From positions 1 to 64,000 of the IMG/VR virus record IMGVR_UViG_3300024346_000017: a stretch of DNA of 64,000 bases. One strand, 5' to 3'. A model generated the notes under the pieces. It was not told the origin of the DNA and did no database searches. It saw only the letters and a program-made list of their open reading frames with translations. The position numbers and the translations under genes were made by a program. This DNA comes from a virus. Shown here one piece after another: positions 58,493 through 64,000 of the stretch. Position 1 is the first letter of the stretch. Each line of letters begins with the position of its first letter.

Positions 58493-59605
58493 ATGAGCAC
58501 AACAGGCAAGGGCTTTAGATACCCAGTATACACAGACACCCCAGACGTACCCAGAGACCTCGGATACCTTGCTGCTGACGTAGATGCCTACCTAGATGCT
58601 CATCCAGGCCCACAAGGGCCTTCAGGAACCCTATCAGTAGGCTCTGTAACTACAGTTAGCGCTTCTACTCCAGCATCTGTTGTTAATGTTGGAACAGCAT
58701 CAGCAGCTATATTAAATCTAACTTTACCAAGAGGTATTGATGGAATTATTGGTGGTCCAGGCCCTTCTAATGTATTAAGCATTGGAACAGTAGAGCAAGG
58801 CGGATCTGCCTCAGCAACAATTACTGGCACATCACCAACACAGACATTAAATTTAGTTTTGCCACAAGGGCCCGCTGGCCCAACTGGACCGCAGGGGCCG
58901 CAGGGCCCAACTACTTTAGCAGTAGGAACTACCACCACTAGTTTGCCTGGAACAAATGCATCAGTAACAAATACTGGAACTTCAACAGCAGCAGTATTTG
59001 CATTTACAATTCCAAGAGGCGCAACTGGAGCAACTGGAGCAACAGGCCCGCAAGGAATTCCTGGATCAAGCGCAACAATAGATCCAGTACCAACTACAAT
59101 ATCTTTAAATATCCCAACTACGGCAGGGTATGGAGTAAATTCAAACTGGTACCCACTTGCAAATAATTTATACTCTATTGGACAACCAATCGATGCTCCA
59201 TCAGGAGTAACTTCAAATAGATTTTGGAAAACAATATATTCTAATACTGGAACAATAAATACATCTGATCAAAGATTAAAAACAGATGTTATTAATTCTG
59301 CTCTAGGACTTGATTTTATAAATAATTTAAATCCAGTAAGCTATAAGTTTATTGAAGGCGGAAAAGAAGTCGTTGATGGAGATTTAGTTTCTATACCTGG
59401 ATCAAGAACGCATTACGGACTTATTGCACAAGAAGTAAAAGAGGTTTTAGATGCATCTGGCGTAGAAGATTTTGCTGGATGGGTTAAGATGGATGTATCA
59501 CAAGAAGATTCTATGCAAGGCCTAAGATACGATCAATTCATTGCACCACTTATTAAAGCAGTACAAGAGCTTACAGCGAGAGTTAAAGCCCTAGAAGAGA
59601 TTTAA
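58493..59605 (+). CDS. Collagen-like fibre with C-terminal intramolecular chaperone (peptidase S74)
   Basis: GPQ/GAT triplets; TSDQRLK...GLIAQEV...LRYDQFIAPLIKAVQEL. Confidence 0.9.
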   Translation: MSTTGKGFRYPVYTDTPDVPRDLGYLAADVDAYLDAHPGPQGPSGTLSVGSVTTVSASTPASVVNVGTASAAILNLTLPRGIDGIIGGPGPSNVLSIGTVEQGGSASATITGTSPTQTLNLVLPQGPAGPTGPQGPQGPTTLAVGTTTTSLPGTNASVTNTGTSTAAVFAFTIPRGATGATGATGPQGIPGSSATIDPVPTTISLNIPTTAGYGVNSNWYPLANNLYSIGQPIDAPSGVTSNRFWKTIYSNTGTINTSDQRLKTDVINSALGLDFINNLNPVSYKFIEGGKEVVDGDLVSIPGSRTHYGLIAQEVKEVLDASGVEDFAGWVKMDVSQEDSMQGLRYDQFIAPLIKAVQELTARVKALEEI

Positions 59606-59608
59606 GAC

Positions 59609-61411
59609 ATGTCATATAAATATACTGTCTTAAAAGATAACCCAGTTGCATTTTTCTTATTGGATGAAGTTCGTTCTGGCGAAGCTGGTGTATACAGTAA
59701 TTTAACTACATTATATCCAACATATCAAGCTTTAAAAGATAACGGTGTTTCATATGCCGCAGTAAGCGGGCTGCCAATAATTGATTACACTGGAAACTCC
59801 ATGGAGGGGTATGCAATTAATACTTCAGCCATGGAAGTTCTTCCTATTATTGGGGCGGGGGTAAGAGGAACAGAGATAAATGAAGATGCACAGATAAGCC
59901 TAAAAGCCCTAGGACTTGGTATGAATAGAAATCCAGACGGTCCATTCGCATTTGAAATATGGTTTAGTCCAGCTAAAGATGACAACTCAGAATATCTTAT
60001 TATGGGAGATGCAGAAAATTCAATTGGCCTATTCTATAAAAATGAAAACATTATTTTTAAATGTAGTCCAACACAGATGGTTTGGCATAAGATTACAAAA
60101 AATAAAGCCATGCATGTTGTAGGTATGTTTTCTAAAGATACAATTTCACTTTATGTTGATGGCAAAATTGTTTCTGAAAGTCCAGTTGCCGATAGCTTTA
60201 AATTTAATAATACAAGCTTAAACCTATCCTTGGGACCAGCCAACGCAGGCAAAAAATTTATTGTTGATTCAGCAGCAATTTATGCCTATGAGCTAGAAGA
60301 AGCAAAAATATTAAATCATTATCTGTCTGGATACAAAGAGACAAAGTACTCACAAATTGTTTATTCAAATAATGGAATTCTTTTTTCATTAAACTCGGCC
60401 TCAGTAAGACCAGACATTTCATATAGGTATCCTGGAATAAAAGCACTAGAAGAGCTTGCCTCTGGAGATGCCTATTATAATTCAGAGTATAGCAGAATTG
60501 AGTTTGAAGAAACAGATGCCGTGGAAACAAAAACATTTTCTTTTCAAGAAAGATTGTATGTATCAAATCCAGAAGATATTGTTTCTTCTAGAATTTGCTA
60601 TGGGCAGGATGTAGACAATATTGTGGTTGAAATACAAATCCCAAATCAGCCATGGGTAGTTTGCAAAAATAATTCTCCAATGCCATACTACAACAAAAAC
60701 CAGAACTCAGGAAGCCCAATATTAGATATAAGGGTAACAATGACGACACAGGATTCATCCTTCGACCTACCTTACTTTGATAAGCTAGAAATTGATATGT
60801 ATTCAAATAAAGATTTTTATGCAGATAATTCTGGATCAAAAATATACTCAGCATACGACTATGAAGTAGGACAATATAATTACCCAGTAAGAATGCAAAA
60901 TAAATACAACGGACTTTCAATGTATTCTGGCCATGGGTTTTCTGTAGATCTTTCTATTCAGCCAAGAACAATAGAGATGTTTTTTACTCCAAGGGGTGGA
61001 CAAAATGTATTATTTTCTTCAGCATCCTCATCAATTAAATGGGCGGCAAACGGAGTAATAACAAAAGCTGGCATTTCTGCTATATACGTAAATGGTATAA
61101 ATAGGACATCAGAGACTAATGTATCCACATTCTTGCTAAATGATGTTGCCCACCATATTGTAATTGTATTAAGTCAGTCAGCCCTAAATATTAAGTTTAA
61201 TCAAAATCAATTAGATACGGAGTATGGAACTTCAAATCTATACAATAATATAGCTTTTTATGAGAAGGCATTTACCTCCGCAGAAGCAATAAATAACTAC
61301 AGGCTCTACTGCTCAGATAACTCAAAGGTTGTTACTGACCCAGGAGTGACTATATCTGAAAGTGCCCAAGGTCAGGACGGAACCTCATACTTCATAAGGT
61401 TATTTGACTAG
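59609..61411 (+). CDS. LamG/concanavalin-A-like minor tail protein
   Basis: LKDNPVAFFLLDE; FAFEIWF; HVVG...SLYVDG; AIY..EL. Confidence 0.72.
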   Translation: MSYKYTVLKDNPVAFFLLDEVRSGEAGVYSNLTTLYPTYQALKDNGVSYAAVSGLPIIDYTGNSMEGYAINTSAMEVLPIIGAGVRGTEINEDAQISLKALGLGMNRNPDGPFAFEIWFSPAKDDNSEYLIMGDAENSIGLFYKNENIIFKCSPTQMVWHKITKNKAMHVVGMFSKDTISLYVDGKIVSESPVADSFKFNNTSLNLSLGPANAGKKFIVDSAAIYAYELEEAKILNHYLSGYKETKYSQIVYSNNGILFSLNSASVRPDISYRYPGIKALEELASGDAYYNSEYSRIEFEETDAVETKTFSFQERLYVSNPEDIVSSRICYGQDVDNIVVEIQIPNQPWVVCKNNSPMPYYNKNQNSGSPILDIRVTMTTQDSSFDLPYFDKLEIDMYSNKDFYADNSGSKIYSAYDYEVGQYNYPVRMQNKYNGLSMYSGHGFSVDLSIQPRTIEMFFTPRGGQNVLFSSASSSIKWAANGVITKAGISAIYVNGINRTSETNVSTFLLNDVAHHIVIVLSQSALNIKFNQNQLDTEYGTSNLYNNIAFYEKAFTSAEAINNYRLYCSDNSKVVTDPGVTISESAQGQDGTSYFIRLFD

Positions 61412-61496
61412 TAGGTTGCACAATTTTTAAAAAAAGTGCATTGTCGTGGTATCAAGGCTGGACTTTTGCTAAGAATAATGATAAACTGTTTTACAT

Positions 61497-61835
61497 ATGG
61501 AAATATTAAACCAAAAAAGCGAAGTTGTTGAAGAAACACGCCTAGGCATATACGTATGGGAAATGCCAGATGGGCGATGGATCGGAGACGATGATGGCAA
61601 TTTTCTTTCAATAACATCTGTAAAAGGAAATAGATCTAGAATGAACGTTCTAGCTGATGCCGTAAGACACTATGGAATATATGAAGGAAAACCAAAGTTT
61701 CTGTCTGGAAGAAGAAAGATTGATGACGAAGAGTTTGAGTATCAAAACCAAAGACTTAAATGGGGACTTACACCAGACCCTCTTGATATCGGAGAATATA
61801 AAGACCAGGTTTTACGAGGGGGATCAGTAACATGA
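61497..61835 (+). CDS. Hypothetical protein preceding the portal
   Basis: ORF overlapping the portal start. Confidence 0.8.
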   Translation: MEILNQKSEVVEETRLGIYVWEMPDGRWIGDDDGNFLSITSVKGNRSRMNVLADAVRHYGIYEGKPKFLSGRRKIDDEEFEYQNQRLKWGLTPDPLDIGEYKDQVLRGGSVT

Positions 61836-63415
61836 CACAATTTTTAGAAGACGGAACAGAAGATACATACGAGGTATCTGTTAAAAATAGCTCAGATCTA
61901 TTTTCATTTAAAAAAGAAAAAGAGCACACAGACCCATTTGGTATTGGTATAGATGACCTTAAAAAAGTAAGAGGTCTAGGAACAAACTTTAAAAGAAAAG
62001 TAAACAGAGACTTTGCAAAATCATTTACTGGTAAAGATGGTTCTGGAACACAACAGAATCTATTGCAATCTGCGGTTACTGGATATGCAATGTTTGACCT
62101 TGTTCAGCCAGTATATAACCTAGAATACCTATCTCAAATCTATGAGGTTTCAACTTACAACTACGCTGCTATCAATGCAAAAGTTGCAAACATTGTCGGT
62201 CTTGGATATTCCTTTATGGAAACAAGAAAGACAAACGATGCCCTTGATGCAATATCAGATGATAAGCAATTAGACAGAGCACGTAGAAAGCTAAATAAAT
62301 TAAAGCAGGATTTACAAGACTGGCTAGATGCAACGAACGATGAAGATACTTTTACAGAGACTCTTATAAAGGTATATACAGACTTAGAGGCAACAGGCAA
62401 CGGATATATTGAAATTGGAAGAACTACAGGCGGAGACATTGGGTATATAGGACACATCCCAGCTAAGACAATGCGTGTTAGAAGACTAAGAGATGGCTTT
62501 ATGCAATTGCTTTACGGCAAGGCTGTTTTCTTTAGAAACTTTGGAGATTCAGAAACCGTAAACCCAATTGGAGAATCAGAAGATAGACCAAATGAGATTA
62601 TTCATTTGAAGAAGTATACTCCAATGAATAACTATTACGGTATCCCAGATATTGTTGCAGCTCAAATGTCATTGGCTGGAAACGAATTTGCTGGAAGATA
62701 TAACCTAGATTACTTTGAAAACAAGGCGGTCCCAAGATATATTATTACAGTAAAGGGAGCAAAGCTTTCACCAGAGTCAGAAAGAAAATTGCTTGAATTT
62801 TTCCAGGTTGGATTAAAAGGCAAAAACCACAGATCCCTTTATATACCTTTGCCAGCAGACACACAGGATAATAAAGTTGAATTTAAAATGGAGCCAGTCG
62901 AGGCTGGAGCACAAGAGTCATCATTTAATATTTACAGACAGTCAAATAGAGACGAAATATTGCTTGCCCACAGAGTCCCAATTAATAAAATTGGTGTTCC
63001 AGAGGGAGTATCTTTGGCAAATGCCAGAGACGCAGACAAAACATTTAAAGAGCAGGTTTGTCGTCCAGCACAAATGAGATTAGAGAAAAGAATTAATTCA
63101 ATTATTGAAGAAAAGACTGACGCTCTAAAAATTAAATTTGAAGAGCTTACTCTTACAGATGAAGATACTCAATCTCAAATAGATGAAAGATATCTTAGAA
63201 TGCAGGTAATTACCCCTAATGAAGTTAGAATTAGAAAGGGATTAATTCCAGTAGATGGCGGAGACGAAATGGTTGAATTAAAACCTCAGCAAGCCGCTGA
63301 CCAAAAGGCTACAGCTGGAAAAACTAGAGCCAGGGATTCTGAAAGATCTGCTGCGTCATCGGATAAAGTCGGAGAAGGCAGAAATGCTAAAGGCGACGGA
63401 AGCCGAGTCGACTAA
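61832..63415 (+). CDS. Portal protein (PBSX/HK97-like)
   Basis: DLEATGNGYIE, EIIHLK, YYGIP, YFEN.AVP, EILLAHRVP, ITPNEVR. Confidence 0.92.
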   Translation: MTQFLEDGTEDTYEVSVKNSSDLFSFKKEKEHTDPFGIGIDDLKKVRGLGTNFKRKVNRDFAKSFTGKDGSGTQQNLLQSAVTGYAMFDLVQPVYNLEYLSQIYEVSTYNYAAINAKVANIVGLGYSFMETRKTNDALDAISDDKQLDRARRKLNKLKQDLQDWLDATNDEDTFTETLIKVYTDLEATGNGYIEIGRTTGGDIGYIGHIPAKTMRVRRLRDGFMQLLYGKAVFFRNFGDSETVNPIGESEDRPNEIIHLKKYTPMNNYYGIPDIVAAQMSLAGNEFAGRYNLDYFENKAVPRYIITVKGAKLSPESERKLLEFFQVGLKGKNHRSLYIPLPADTQDNKVEFKMEPVEAGAQESSFNIYRQSNRDEILLAHRVPINKIGVPEGVSLANARDADKTFKEQVCRPAQMRLEKRINSIIEEKTDALKIKFEELTLTDEDTQSQIDERYLRMQVITPNEVRIRKGLIPVDGGDEMVELKPQQAADQKATAGKTRARDSERSAASSDKVGEGRNAKGDGSRVD

Positions 63416-63468
63416 ATCTAATCAACTACGATTTGCCTTTTTATATGTATAAGTATAAAATTAAGCAT

Positions 63469-64000
63469 ATGAACATAGAAAAAAGCCAGTGGTCCTCTGA
63501 CGGCCAAAACCTTCATTTATCTGTTCCATTTACAAAAGTAAACAGAGAGAATAGAACCGTGTCTGGATTTGCTACATTAGATAATGTGGATCAAACAGGA
63601 GACGTTGTTACTGCTGAAGCAAGCCTAAAAGCATTCGAAGCTTTTAGAGGAAACTTAAGAGAGATGCATCAGCCAATGGCAGTAGGTAAGGTTGTATCAT
63701 TTAAGCCAGAGACATACTATGATCAGAAGTCAAAAGAATTTTACAATGGAGTTTATGTTACTTCATATATTTCAAAGGGCGCACAAGATACTTGGGAGAA
63801 AGTTCTTGACGGAACACTTTCAGGTTTTTCAATCGGCGGAAAGATTAAAGAGTCAGACAACGAAATGAATAAGTCAACAGGAGAGACTGTAAGATTTATT
63901 AAGGATTATGACCTAGTAGAACTTTCAATTGTAGATTCACCAGCTAACGAAATGTGTAATATAATTTCAATTGAAAAAGCAAATGGTCAGCTTATTTTTA
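63469..64000 (+). CDS. Prohead (capsid maturation) protease, HK97-like; 3'-truncated and not in the ORF track
   Basis: RTVSGFA...DQTGD...REMHQ...LSGFSIGG...LVELSIVDSPAN. Confidence 0.88.
   Translation, partial: MNIEKSQWSSDGQNLHLSVPFTKVNRENRTVSGFATLDNVDQTGDVVTAEASLKAFEAFRGNLREMHQPMAVGKVVSFKPETYYDQKSKEFYNGVYVTSYISKGAQDTWEKVLDGTLSGFSIGGKIKESDNEMNKSTGETVRFIKDYDLVELSIVDSPANEMCNIISIEKANGQLIF

Noticed and set aside
1-64000. Prophage or bacterial chromosome segment
   Set aside because: No integrase, att site or housekeeping operon; the host-like genes sit in uniform phage-type gene packing.

Overview
64-kb segment of a large, AT-rich, tailed dsDNA phage. The host is most likely an actinobacterium, probably a freshwater one: the window has a WhiB gene, AhpC/AhpD, an Lsr2-like mini-protein, class II RNR and pervasive leaderless genes. 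Layout: (1) 1-21.6 kb, + strand accessory region with proteases, redox genes, many 2OG-Fe(II) oxygenases, a sulfotransferase and tRNAs. (2) About 22.1-32.9 kb, a minus-strand block of small, probably early genes. Its intergenic DNA is a repeated regulatory module: 13 copies of a TGTCAG-type promoter, helically phased CRP-type palindromes, CGACACGCC boxes, DnaA boxes and a twice-repeated covarying pseudoknot. (3) 33-38.7 kb: sulfotransferase-like and cupin genes, tRNA-Ile(UAU), a consensus parS site, a candidate sRNA and a transglycosylase. (4) nrdJ, then a virion/fibre cluster running to the portal and prohead protease. The best candidate for an undescribed system: two dissimilar virion proteins both end in (FFAPPx)n plus the same C-terminal tag FGSRFIRSY, encoded with different synonymous codons. 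The second lies directly before five prolyl-hydroxylase-like oxygenases and a collagen-like fibre, which suggests tag-directed modification of virion proteins. All family calls come from motif recognition by eye, not database searches.
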